From Acidimicrobiia bacterium (GTDB lineage Bacteria > Actinomycetota > Acidimicrobiia > Acidimicrobiales > CATQHL01): a DNA stretch of 64,000 nt. Below are positions 1 through 8,872 of the stretch, in pieces. Both the position numbers and the translations under genes were made by a program. Positions within the stretch are counted from its first letter, which is position 1. Each line of letters starts with the position of its first letter. The DNA is taken from positions 82-64,081 of the forward strand of contig VXXM01000073.1 of the NCBI GenBank assembly GCA_009835395.1. The letters are read 5' to 3'. The notes below the pieces were generated by a model. The model saw nothing but the letters and a program-made list of their open reading frames with translations, did no database searches and was not told the origin of the DNA.

Positions 1-869
1 TTCTGCTGCACCAGGGTCACGTCGCTGTCGGGGTCGATGCCGTTGCGGCGCAGGCCGGCGAGCAGTTCGAACTCGTTGCCGAAGCCCCAGTTGCCGACGG
101 TCTTGCCGGCCAGGTCCTCGACGCTCTCGATGCCTGAATCGGCCCAGGAAACCTGCAGGGTGGCGCTGCGCTCGAAGATCTGAGCGATGTTCACCACGTC
201 GGCACCCTCCTCGCGCGGCACCAGCCCCCGCGGCACCCACGACACGGCGAAGTCGGCTCCGCCGGAGTCCAGCACCGGGATCGGGACGATCTCCACGCCG
301 CCCTCCAGGATGGTCACGTCGAGGCACAGGTCCTCGTAGAGCCCCTGGTCATGGGCGGCGTAGTAGCCGGCGAACTGCGACTGCGTGAACCACTGCAACT
401 GCACGACCACCTCGGTCAGCCCGTCGCACTCTCCCATCATGGCGGCGGCCTCCGCGGTGGCGGCCTCCGCGGCCTGCTCGGCCGCCTCAGCAGCGCTCCG
501 CGCCTCGTCGGCCTCCTCCTGTGCCGCTGCGGCATCGGCACGTGCGGCCTCCGCGGCCGCCTGTGCGGCCGCCAGGTCGGCCTCGGCCTGGGCGACGGCC
601 GCCTGGTTGCCCTCGGCGGTGGCCTGGGCGAGTGCCGCCGCGGCCGCCGCTGCGTCCGCCGCTGCCTGGGCCTGCCCTGCCTGGGCAGCCGCAGCCGACG
701 CCTCCGCCGACGCAACCCCGGCGTCATCCTGAGCCGACTGCGCCTCACTCATGGCCGCAGCGGCCGTGTCGGACGCGCCGTCGTCGGCAGCGCAGGCCGC
801 CGCGACCAGCCCGATCGCCAGCAGCACCGCCAGCGAGCGCCAAGTAGTTCTCTGTTTCGGAGTCTTCAT
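1..869 (-). CDS. ABC transporter substrate-binding lipoprotein, NMT1/SsuA-like (N-terminal part; gene continues past window start)
   Basis: Absent from the ORF track because it runs off the window edge. Manual minus-strand translation from ATG 869..867 (AGGGGAG just upstream) gives MKTPKQRTTWRSLAVLLAIGLVAAAC, a signal peptide with a lipobox-like AAAC. A ~115-aa Ala/Glu/Gln-rich linker follows, then LTEVVVQLQWFTQSQFAGYYAA...GADFAVSWVPRG, typical of NMT1/SsuA-type binding proteins. It lies directly downstream of the permease/ATPase genes on the same strand. Confidence 0.7.
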   Translation of the reverse strand, partial: MKTPKQRTTWRSLAVLLAIGLVAAACAADDGASDTAAAAMSEAQSAQDDAGVASAEASAAAAQAGQAQAAADAAAAAAALAQATAEGNQAAVAQAEADLAAAQAAAEAARADAAAAQEEADEARSAAEAAEQAAEAATAEAAAMMGECDGLTEVVVQLQWFTQSQFAGYYAAHDQGLYEDLCLDVTILEGGVEIVPIPVLDSGGADFAVSWVPRGLVPREEGADVVNIAQIFERSATLQVSWADSGIESVEDLAGKTVGNWGFGNEFELLAGLRRNGIDPDSDVTLVQQ

Positions 870-954
870 TGTCTCCCCTTTCATGTTTGGTGTCTTCCAC
901 TTGTCTCGGCGAGCGGGTTGCGAGGGCCCCGCCCGGAGATTCTGTTGCGCCCCC

Positions 955-1815
955 TCAGGCCTCCGCTGTGGCGCGGGCGTAGCGGCCCGTGGCGATCCGT
1001 TCGACGATGAGGGCGGCGAAGTAGAGGGCGATGCCGATGATGCTGCCCGCCACGACCGCGGCCCATGCCACGTCGTATCTCGTGAACTGGGCGTTCTGCG
1101 TGATGATGTTGCCCAAGGTGTCCTGGCGGCCGCCGAAGTACTCCACCACGATGGCGGCGATGACCGCCAGCGACGCCACCAGGCGCAGCGCCGTGAAGAA
1201 GAACGGCAGCGCGTTCGGGATGCGGACCGTGCGCATGATGCGCCAGTCGCTGGCGGCATAGGACTGCATGAGTTCGACCTGTTCCTCGTCCACCTCGCTG
1301 AGGCCGCGGGCGGTGTTGATGAACACCGGGAAGAACACCAGCAGCACCACCACGGCCTGGTTGGAGCGCGGCGAGGTGATCCCCAGCCAGTTGTTGAACA
1401 GCGGCGCCAGGGCGATGATCGGGATGGCGTTGATCGCCACCGCCAGCGGGGTGAGGGTCTCGTTCGCGGTCCGGAAGCGAATGACGATCAGCGCGGCGAC
1501 CGCGCCCAGCACGACGCCGCCGGCGAGCCCGCTGAGGATGATGAAGCCCGTGACCCGCGAGGCCATCCACACCTCGGAGATGTTCTCGCCCAGCGCGATG
1601 GCGATCTCGCTGGGACGTGGCAGCACGAAACCCTCCGGATCGGTCGCCCACAGCACCAACTCCCAGAGCCCGAGGGCCCCGGCCCCGAAGACGGCGGGCG
1701 GGAGCCAGGTGCCGCCGCGCAGACGCTTCACCGGGATTCCACCTTCACTCGTGTTCCACCGACCGCAGCGTGCGCCGCACCAGCGAGACGCTGCGGAAGA
1801 ACTCTTCGGTGTCAC
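955..1815 (-). CDS. ABC transporter permease (NitT/TauT-type, BPD_transp_1)
   Basis: 286-aa multi-TM ORF with an EAA-like loop region (NALPFFFTALRLVASLAVIAAIVVEYFGG). Adjacent to the ABC ATPase. Confidence 0.85.
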   Translation of the reverse strand: MTPKSSSAASRWCGARCGRWNTSEGGIPVKRLRGGTWLPPAVFGAGALGLWELVLWATDPEGFVLPRPSEIAIALGENISEVWMASRVTGFIILSGLAGGVVLGAVAALIVIRFRTANETLTPLAVAINAIPIIALAPLFNNWLGITSPRSNQAVVVLLVFFPVFINTARGLSEVDEEQVELMQSYAASDWRIMRTVRIPNALPFFFTALRLVASLAVIAAIVVEYFGGRQDTLGNIITQNAQFTRYDVAWAAVVAGSIIGIALYFAALIVERIATGRYARATAEA

Positions 1816-2560
1816 GCACCTGCGGGGCGCGCTCGGGCAGGTCGATGGGGATCTCGGCGGCGATGCGGGCCGGCCGGGGCGACATCACCGCCACCCTCGT
1901 GGACAGGAACACCGCCTCGGGAATGGAGTGGGTGATGAAGATGACCGTCGTGGCCGTCTCCCGCCAGATCTTCAGCAACTCCGTCTGCATGTACTCGCGG
2001 GTCATCTCGTCGAGGGCGCCGAACGGCTCGTCCATCAGCAGCAGCGACGGCTCGAAGCTGAGCGCGCGTGCGATCGAGACCCGCTGCTGCATGCCCCCGG
2101 AGAGCTCCGCCGGGTAGTGGGAGGCGAACCCGTCGAGGTCCACCAGCTCCAGCATCTCCTTGGCGCGGGCGCGGCGGCGGAACTTCGACCAGCCCATCAA
2201 CTCCAGCGGCAACTCCACGTTGCGGACCGCCGTGCGCCAGTCCAGCAGTCCCGCCGCCTGGAAGACCATCCCGTAGTCGCGCGCCAGGCGGGCCTCCTGC
2301 GCGCTGCGGCCGTTGACGGACAAGTCGCCCGCGGTGGGATCGATCAGCCCGCCCACCAGCCGCAACAGCGTGCTCTTCCCGCAGCCGGAGGGCCCGATGA
2401 TCGACACGAACTCCCGGGGACGCACCGACAGGTCCAACTCGGAAATGGCCGTCACGGCGTTGGCCCGGCCAGGGTTGAACGTCTTCTCGAGGCCCGCTAT
2501 CTCGAGAACCAGATCCTGTGCCACCTCTTCGGCTCCTTCCTGTGGCTCCGCGGCGTTCAC
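1745..2560 (-). CDS. ABC transporter ATP-binding protein
   Basis: C-terminal 271 aa of track ORF 1745..3319. Carries Walker A GPSGCGKST, signature LSGGMQQRV and Walker B LLLMDEPF. Start chosen at GTG 2560, which forms a GTGA overlap with the upstream permease stop (2557..2559). The longer N-terminal extension is Arg/Gly/Pro-rich shadow sequence overlapping the permease. Confidence 0.85.
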   Translation of the reverse strand: MNAAEPQEGAEEVAQDLVLEIAGLEKTFNPGRANAVTAISELDLSVRPREFVSIIGPSGCGKSTLLRLVGGLIDPTAGDLSVNGRSAQEARLARDYGMVFQAAGLLDWRTAVRNVELPLELMGWSKFRRRARAKEMLELVDLDGFASHYPAELSGGMQQRVSIARALSFEPSLLLMDEPFGALDEMTREYMQTELLKIWRETATTVIFITHSIPEAVFLSTRVAVMSPRPARIAAEIPIDLPERAPQVRDTEEFFRSVSLVRRTLRSVEHE

Positions 2561-3456
2561 TGCGCCACGATCCCGCGGCGTGCCAGCAGCAGCCGCTCCG
2601 CCGCGGCCACCACGCCCACCGCCACCAGACCGGTGATGCAGGCGCCGATGATCGCCACGTAGAGCCGCTCGGGCCCGGTGATGTACTTCCCGGCGAAGTC
2701 GAGGATCAGGCGGCCGAGGCCGCCGCGCACGCCGGCGGAGATCTCCCCCACGATGGCGCCGACCACGCTGGCCGTGGCGGCGATGCGCAGCGCGGGGAAC
2801 AGGTACGGCAGCGATGCCGGAAGCTGCAGCCGGCGCAGCACCTGCCGGCGGCCGGCGGCGTAGGACTGCATCAACTCGGAGGCCTCCGGCGACGGTGACT
2901 GGAGTCCCCGCAACCCGTTCACCGCCACGGGGAAGAACGTGAGGTAGGTGGCGATCAGCGAGACCGACATCCAGTCCTTCCACTCCCAGGGCAGGAACTC
3001 GAGGCCGGTGCGCCCCCACACCACCACGATCGGCGCGATGGCGATGAGGGGAACGGTCTGGCTGGCGATCACATACGGCAGCACGCCTCGCTCGGCGCGC
3101 CGCGACTGCAGCAGCACCACGGCGATGGCAAGCCCGATGATCGTCCCGGCGGCGAAGCCCACGGCGGCCTCCCGCAGGGTGAACAGGGCACCGTCGAGGG
3201 TGAGGCGGCCGATGGTGGTGCCCCCCTCGCGGGGCGCCTGACCGAACTCGGCAAGGATGTCCAGCACCGGCGGCATGTTCTTGTCGTCGCTGCGCGGCAG
3301 GAACGACCCCACGACCCACCAGTCCCGCTGCGTGTCGTCGACGGCCTGGCCGAACGCCTTGTAGCCGGTGTACAGCAGCGCCAGCACGACCAGGAAAACC
3401 GCGAAGACGAGCGTGCGGCGGGTCCGGGCCCGGCGGGTCGTCGAACGGTCGGTCAT
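2557..3456 (-). CDS. ABC transporter permease (second membrane subunit)
   Basis: 299-aa multi-TM ORF, paralogous in architecture to 955..1815. First gene of the transporter unit. Confidence 0.85.
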   Translation of the reverse strand: MTDRSTTRRARTRRTLVFAVFLVVLALLYTGYKAFGQAVDDTQRDWWVVGSFLPRSDDKNMPPVLDILAEFGQAPREGGTTIGRLTLDGALFTLREAAVGFAAGTIIGLAIAVVLLQSRRAERGVLPYVIASQTVPLIAIAPIVVVWGRTGLEFLPWEWKDWMSVSLIATYLTFFPVAVNGLRGLQSPSPEASELMQSYAAGRRQVLRRLQLPASLPYLFPALRIAATASVVGAIVGEISAGVRGGLGRLILDFAGKYITGPERLYVAIIGACITGLVAVGVVAAAERLLLARRGIVAQ

Positions 3457-3463
3457 GGTCGTC

Positions 3464-4468
3464 TCAGCCCACTCGCGCCATGGCGTCGATGATCCCGCCG
3501 TAGGCCTCCAGCGTCGCGTCGGGCTGGTCGTGCATCAGGTAGACGGCGAACTGGTCCACGCCCAGTTCGGCCAACTCCCGGAGTCGCGCGACGTGCGCCG
3601 CCGGCGGGCCGAGGAGGCAGAACCGGTCCACGATCTCGTCGGGCACGAAGTCGGTGTGGGTGTTCTCCGAGCGGCCGTGCTCGCTGTAGTCGTATCCCTT
3701 ACGGCCCTCGATGTAGTCGGTGAGCGCCCGCGGCACGCCCGAGCCGTCGCCGCCGTAGCGCGCCACCAGGTCCGCCACATGGTTGCCGACCATGCCGCCG
3801 AACCAGCGCACCTGGTCGCGCTGGTGCGCCAGGTCGTCACCCACGTAGGCGGGCGCGGCCACGCAGATCGTCAACTCGTCGGGGTCGCGCCCGGCCTCGG
3901 CGGCGGCGGCCCGCACCGCCCCGATGGTCCAGGCTGCGATGTCGACGTCGGCCAGCTGCAGGATGAAGCCGTCGGTCTTCGCTCCGCACAGCGCCAGCGC
4001 CCGCGGCCCGTACGCCGCCATCCACATCGGCAGGCTCCCCTCGCGACGCCAGGGGATCCGCAGCTCCTGGCCGTTGTAGGTCACCTCCCGGCCCTCGGCC
4101 AGGCCCTTGATGACACCCATGGCCTCCTCCAGCGTGGCGAGGGTGCACGGCCGGTGGCCGATGACCCGCATGGCCGAGTCGCCGCGCCCGATGCCGCAGA
4201 CGGTGCGCTCGCCGAAGGTGTCGTTGAGCGTGGCGAACAGCGAGGCGGTGACCGTCCAGTCGCGTGTGCCGGGGTTGGTGACCATCGGACCCACCACCAT
4301 GTTCTCGGTGGCCGCCAGCATCTGGGCGTAGATCACGAACGGCTCCTGCCACAACACGTGGGAGTCGAACGTGTAGGCGTGGCTGAAGCCGAGTTCCTCG
4401 GCTCGCTTCGTGAGTCCGACCACTCGCCGCGCGGGCGGATCGGTCTGCAGGACGAGGCCGAAGTCCAT
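3464..4468 (-). CDS. Luciferase-like (LLM-class) flavin/F420-dependent oxidoreductase
   Basis: C-terminal 334 aa of track ORF 3464..5362, starting MDFGLVLQTDPP at ATG 4468 with GAAAGGAG upstream. TIM-barrel LLM pattern (GFSHAYTFDSHVLWQEP, GIGRGDSA, MWMAAYGPRAL). The upstream part of the long ORF overlaps mmsA in another frame and is Pro/Ser/Thr/Arg-rich. Confidence 0.8.
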   Translation of the reverse strand: MDFGLVLQTDPPARRVVGLTKRAEELGFSHAYTFDSHVLWQEPFVIYAQMLAATENMVVGPMVTNPGTRDWTVTASLFATLNDTFGERTVCGIGRGDSAMRVIGHRPCTLATLEEAMGVIKGLAEGREVTYNGQELRIPWRREGSLPMWMAAYGPRALALCGAKTDGFILQLADVDIAAWTIGAVRAAAAEAGRDPDELTICVAAPAYVGDDLAHQRDQVRWFGGMVGNHVADLVARYGGDGSGVPRALTDYIEGRKGYDYSEHGRSENTHTDFVPDEIVDRFCLLGPPAAHVARLRELAELGVDQFAVYLMHDQPDATLEAYGGIIDAMARVG

Positions 4469-4508
4469 GCCGGCTCCTTTCTCCGACGAGGCGATCCCGC
4501 GATATCGC

Positions 4509-5999
4509 TCAGCGATTGCGCGGGAATCCCAGGTCGACGCTGCTCGTGGCCGGGTCGGGCCAGCGGCTGGTGACGACCTTGGCGCGGGTGTAGAAGTGGA
4601 TGCCCTCGGGGCCGTACATGTGCGTGTCGCCGAACAGCGACCCCTTCCAACCGCCGAAGGAGTAGTACGACACAGGCACGGGGATCGGCACGTTGATGCC
4701 CACCATGCCGGCGACGGCCTCGAACTGGAAGCGCCGGGCCGCACCCCCGTCGCGGGTGAAGATTGCGGCGCCGTTGCCCCACGGGTTGTCGTTGACGAGC
4801 CGCACCGCCTCGTCGTAGCCGTCGACCCGCACCACGCTGAGCACCGGCCCGAAGATCTCGTCGCGGTAGCAGGCCATGTCGGGAGTGACGTGGTCCAGCA
4901 GCGACACGCCCAGGAAGTAGCCGTCGAGGTTGGCGGCATCAGGGCGCCCGTCGCGCACGACGGCGGCGCCCTCTGCCCGGCCGCTGTCGATGTAGCCCGC
5001 CACGCGGTCACGGTGCTCGGCGGTGATGAGCGGCCCCATCTCTGCGTCGGGATCCTCGAGGCCGTCGCCGATGCGGATCTTGTCGAGGCGGGCGTCGATG
5101 GCGGCCACCAGCGGCTCGGCCACGCTGCCGACCGCCACGACGGCGGAGATGGCCATGCAGCGCTCGCCGGAGGATCCGTAGGCGGCGCTGACAGCGGCGT
5201 CGGCGGCGAGTTCCACGTCCGCGTCGGGCAGCACGACCATGTGGTTCTTGGCCCCGCCGAGCGCCTGCACCCGCTTGCCGTTGCGCGTGCCGGCCTCGTA
5301 GATCGCCCGCGCCACCGGCGTGGAGCCCACGAAGCTGACGGCGGCGATGTCGGGGTGCTCAAGCAGCCGGTCGACCGCGACCTTGTCGCCCTGTACGAGG
5401 TTCACGACGCCGGGCGGCAGACCGGCCTCGGCCAGGAGCTCCATCGTGAACAGCGGCGCCGAGGGATCTTTCTCGGAGGGCTTCAGCACGAACGTGTTGC
5501 CGCAGGCGATGGCGTTGGGGTACATCCACATGGGCACCATCGCCGGGAAGTTGAACGGCGTGATGCCGGCCACCACGCCGAGCGGCTGGCGGATGGAGTA
5601 GACGTCCACACCGCTGGAGGCCTGTTCCGTGTGCTCGCCCTTCAGCAGCTGTCCCACCCCGCAGGCGAACTCGATGTTCTCGAGGCCGCGGCTCACCTCG
5701 CCGGCGGCGTCGGCCAGCACCTTGCCGTGCTCGGCGGTCAGCAGCCGGGCGATGTCGTTGCGGTGACGCTCGACGAGTTCCCTGTAGCGGAACAGGATCT
5801 CGCTGCGGCGGCTCACGGGCACCTCGCGCCAGAACCCGAAGGCCTCGCGCGCCGAGGCCACCGCGGCGTCCACCTCGGCGACCGTGGCGAAGTCCACCTC
5901 GCCGGTCTGGGCCCCGGTGGCCGGGTTGTAGACGGGGCCACGGCGGTCGCCGGTGCCCGGAGTCAGCCTCCCGTCGATCCAGTGATGAATCCTCTTCAT
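4509..5999 (-). CDS. mmsA: Methylmalonate-/malonate-semialdehyde dehydrogenase (CoA-acylating)
   Basis: 496 aa. ALDH motifs FVLKPSEKDP, catalytic Cys in GERCMA, and the MmsA-typical C-terminal SYYSFGGWKGSLFGD. Confidence 0.9.
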   Translation of the reverse strand: MKRIHHWIDGRLTPGTGDRRGPVYNPATGAQTGEVDFATVAEVDAAVASAREAFGFWREVPVSRRSEILFRYRELVERHRNDIARLLTAEHGKVLADAAGEVSRGLENIEFACGVGQLLKGEHTEQASSGVDVYSIRQPLGVVAGITPFNFPAMVPMWMYPNAIACGNTFVLKPSEKDPSAPLFTMELLAEAGLPPGVVNLVQGDKVAVDRLLEHPDIAAVSFVGSTPVARAIYEAGTRNGKRVQALGGAKNHMVVLPDADVELAADAAVSAAYGSSGERCMAISAVVAVGSVAEPLVAAIDARLDKIRIGDGLEDPDAEMGPLITAEHRDRVAGYIDSGRAEGAAVVRDGRPDAANLDGYFLGVSLLDHVTPDMACYRDEIFGPVLSVVRVDGYDEAVRLVNDNPWGNGAAIFTRDGGAARRFQFEAVAGMVGINVPIPVPVSYYSFGGWKGSLFGDTHMYGPEGIHFYTRAKVVTSRWPDPATSSVDLGFPRNR

Positions 6000-6063
6000 G
6001 TCGGCTCCCTGCTCATCGATCGTTCATCGCTCCCCTGCCCCGGTGGCAAGTTCGCCCACAGGC

Positions 6064-7479
6064 TCACAGGAGGTACTGCGACAGGCTGCGCCGCAGGTAC
6101 CGGCCGTCGCCGGGGCTGCCCAGGTAGTTGCCGCCGTCGACCACCACCTGGCCACGTGACAGCACCGTCTCCACCGCGCCGGCGATCTCGAAGCCCTCGA
6201 AACACGAGTAGTCCATGTTCATGTGGTGCGTCTCGGCGCTGATGCGGCTCGTGGTGGTCGGGTTGTAGATCACCACGTCGGCATCGGCACCGGGGGTGAT
6301 GCTGCCCTTGCGGGGATACAGCCCGAACATGCGCGCCGGGGTGGTGGCGCAGGTCTCCACCCAACGCTCGAGTGACAGCTCGCCCTGGACCACGCCCTGG
6401 TAGATGAGGTCCATGCGGTGCTCCACCACGCCCATCCCGTTGGGGATGAGGCGGAAGTCGTCGCGTCCCAGTTCCTTCTGCTCCTTCATGCAGAACGGAC
6501 AGTGGTCGGTGGCGACCACGCACAGGTCGTTGGTGCGCAGTCCCCGCCACAGGTCTGCGTGGTGGGTCTCGTGGCGGCTGCGCAGCGGCGGCGAACAGAC
6601 GTAGCCGGCGCCGGCGAATCCGGGGGCACCGAGATGCTCCTCCAGGTTCAGGTACAGGTACTGCGGACAGGTCTCGGCGAACACGTTGTAGCCCTCGTTG
6701 CGGGCGGCGGCCACGTGCGCCAGGGCGTCGGAGGCCGACAGGTGCACGAAGTAGACCGGCGTGCCCGCCACCAGCGCCAACTGGATGGCCCGGTAGGTGG
6801 CCTCGCCCTCCAGCCGGGGCGGCCGGGTGATGCCGTGGTACACCGGGTCGGTCTGGCCCCGGGCGGCGGCCTGGGCGGCGATGACGTCGATGGCGATGCC
6901 GTTCTCGGCGTGCATCATGATGAGGCCGCCGTTGTGGTGCGCCTGCTGCATGGCCTGCAGGATCTTGCCGTCGTCGCTGTAGAGCACCCCCGGGTAGGCC
7001 ATGAACAGCTTGAAGCTGGTGATGCCGTCGTTGACGAGCGTGTCCATCTCCTTCAGCGACCGCTCGTCGATGCCGCCCAGGATCATGTGGAAGCCGTAGT
7101 CGATGGCGCACTGCCCCTCGGCCTTGGCGAACCAGGCGTCGAGGCACTCCCGCACGTCCTCGCCCTCGCGCTGCACGGCGAAGTCCACGATCGTGGTGGT
7201 GCCGCCGTGGGCGGCGGCGCGGGTGCCGGTCTCGAAGGTGTCCGAGGCGTAGGTGCCGCCGAAAGGCAACTCCATATGGGTGTGGACGTCCACGCCGCCG
7301 GGCACCACGTAGCGGTCGGTGGCGTCGATGACGTGCGCCTCACCGCCGCGCCGCAGGCTCTCGACGATCTCGCTGCCGGGGGCGACCACGGCCTCGATCA
7401 CCTCCCCCGACACCACCACGTCGGCCCGGACGCGTCCTGTGGCGCTGACGACCGTCCCGTCGGCGATGAGCGTGCGCAT
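6064..7479 (-). CDS. Dihydropyrimidinase / D-hydantoinase
   Basis: 471 aa from ATG 7479 (AGGAGGA upstream; the track ORF extends further in shadow sequence). Metal-binding GGVDVHTHM, FKLFMAY (carboxylated-Lys region), MMHAENG, VHLS, TDHCPF. Confidence 0.9.
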   Translation of the reverse strand: MRTLIADGTVVSATGRVRADVVVSGEVIEAVVAPGSEIVESLRRGGEAHVIDATDRYVVPGGVDVHTHMELPFGGTYASDTFETGTRAAAHGGTTTIVDFAVQREGEDVRECLDAWFAKAEGQCAIDYGFHMILGGIDERSLKEMDTLVNDGITSFKLFMAYPGVLYSDDGKILQAMQQAHHNGGLIMMHAENGIAIDVIAAQAAARGQTDPVYHGITRPPRLEGEATYRAIQLALVAGTPVYFVHLSASDALAHVAAARNEGYNVFAETCPQYLYLNLEEHLGAPGFAGAGYVCSPPLRSRHETHHADLWRGLRTNDLCVVATDHCPFCMKEQKELGRDDFRLIPNGMGVVEHRMDLIYQGVVQGELSLERWVETCATTPARMFGLYPRKGSITPGADADVVIYNPTTTSRISAETHHMNMDYSCFEGFEIAGAVETVLSRGQVVVDGGNYLGSPGDGRYLRRSLSQYLL

Positions 7480-7559
7480 GGCGTCCTCCTGTTCAGTGAT
7501 CGGCGGGGCGGCGCCCCAGGTGCTGTTCGGTCGTGGTGGCGGCCGGCCCTCCTCGTGCT

Positions 7560-8843
7560 CTAGCGCAGCTCCGCCGCCGCGGCCGCCAGGATCTCGACCG
7601 CCTCGTCGATCTCGGCGTCGGAGACGCACAGCGGCGGGGCGATGCGCAGGACGTTGCCGTAGAGCCCGCCCTTTCCGATCAGCAGGCCACGCCGGTGCGC
7701 CCCCTCGTGCATCGCTGCTGCCGCCGCCGCGTGCGGTTCGCGGCCACCCGGTTGGTTGAATTCCATGGCCAGCATCAGGCCGCGGCCGCGCAGCTCGGCG
7801 ATCTCCGGCGTCGCCTCGACCACCGGCTCGAGGCCGAGTCGCAGGCGGTTGCCCATCTTGGCGGCATTGGTCTGCAGATCGTGGTCCAGGAGGTACTCCA
7901 GGTTGGCCAGCGCCCCCGCGCAGACCAGGGGGTTGCCGCCGAAAGTGGAGATGGAGTTGGCGCCGAGACTGTCCATGAGTTCGGCGCGCGCCACCACACC
8001 GCCCAGCGCCAGGCCGTTTCCGACGCCCTTGGCGAAGGTCAGGAAGTCGGGCACGATGTCGTGGGCCTCATAGCCCCAGAAGTGCTCGCCGGTGCGCCCC
8101 CACCCCGTCTGCACCTCGTCGCTGATGAAGAGGATGCCGCTCTCGTCCAGCACCTCCTTCACAGCGCCGAAGAAGCCGTCAGGAGGCATGGCGAACCCGC
8201 CTACGCCCTGGATCGGCTCGGCGATCAACGCGGCGACGTGCCCGGTCGTGCACATGTCGATGACCTCGCGCAGATCCTGGGTGCAGGCGGTCGTATAGGA
8301 GTCATCGTCGTGGTCGGGCCAGGGGCTGCGCATCCGGTAGCCGCCGTGCACGAAGTTGACCGACAGGCCCGAGAGGCGCGACGCCGACCAGTAGCGGTTG
8401 CCGGTCACCGCCTGCGTGCTGAACGACCGGCCGTGGTAGCTGTTGCGCAGCGCCAGGATCTGATGGCTGGCGCGGTAGTTGGTGGCCAGCAGCAGGGCGG
8501 CGTCGTTGGCCTCGGTGCCCGAGGTCGTGAAGAACACCTTGGCATCGTCGATGCCGCTGAGGCCGGCGATCTTCTCCGCCAGAGCCACCATCGGCTCGAT
8601 CAGATAGAGCGTGGAGGTGTGGAGCATCCTCCCGGCCTGGGTCCGGATGGCGTCGATCACCTCCGGCACGTTGTAGCCCGTCATCGTCGTGAGGATCCCG
8701 CCGAAGAAGTCCAAGTGGCAGCGGCCCTCGCTGTCCCACACACGGCAGCCCTCGCCGCGTGTCAGCTCGATCGGCTCCTCGTAGTACAGGGCGAGCCAGT
8801 CCGGCATCACGCTGCGATGGCGAGCCAGCAATTCGTCGGGCAC
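7560..8843 (-). CDS. Class-III (omega) aminotransferase, beta-alanine/aminobutyrate-type
   Basis: 427 aa. FTTSGTEAND, EPIQGVGG, DEVQTGWGRTG, and the PLP-Lys in FAKGVGNG. Confidence 0.85.
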   Translation of the reverse strand: MPDELLARHRSVMPDWLALYYEEPIELTRGEGCRVWDSEGRCHLDFFGGILTTMTGYNVPEVIDAIRTQAGRMLHTSTLYLIEPMVALAEKIAGLSGIDDAKVFFTTSGTEANDAALLLATNYRASHQILALRNSYHGRSFSTQAVTGNRYWSASRLSGLSVNFVHGGYRMRSPWPDHDDDSYTTACTQDLREVIDMCTTGHVAALIAEPIQGVGGFAMPPDGFFGAVKEVLDESGILFISDEVQTGWGRTGEHFWGYEAHDIVPDFLTFAKGVGNGLALGGVVARAELMDSLGANSISTFGGNPLVCAGALANLEYLLDHDLQTNAAKMGNRLRLGLEPVVEATPEIAELRGRGLMLAMEFNQPGGREPHAAAAAAMHEGAHRRGLLIGKGGLYGNVLRIAPPLCVSDAEIDEAVEILAAAAAELR

Positions 8844-8872
8844 GAGCCTCTCCCTTCAGTCGGGGTACCGCG

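Noticed and set aside
3464-5362. 632-aa ORF suggesting a large fusion protein upstream of the LLM oxidoreductase; likewise N-terminal extensions of 1745..3319, 6064..7629, 44210..45874, 56096..57205 and 26931..28295
   Set aside because: The extensions overlap the well-supported upstream gene in another frame and are low-complexity. Each also has an internal ATG/GTG with a Shine-Dalgarno, or a 4-nt stop/start overlap, where the conserved domain begins.
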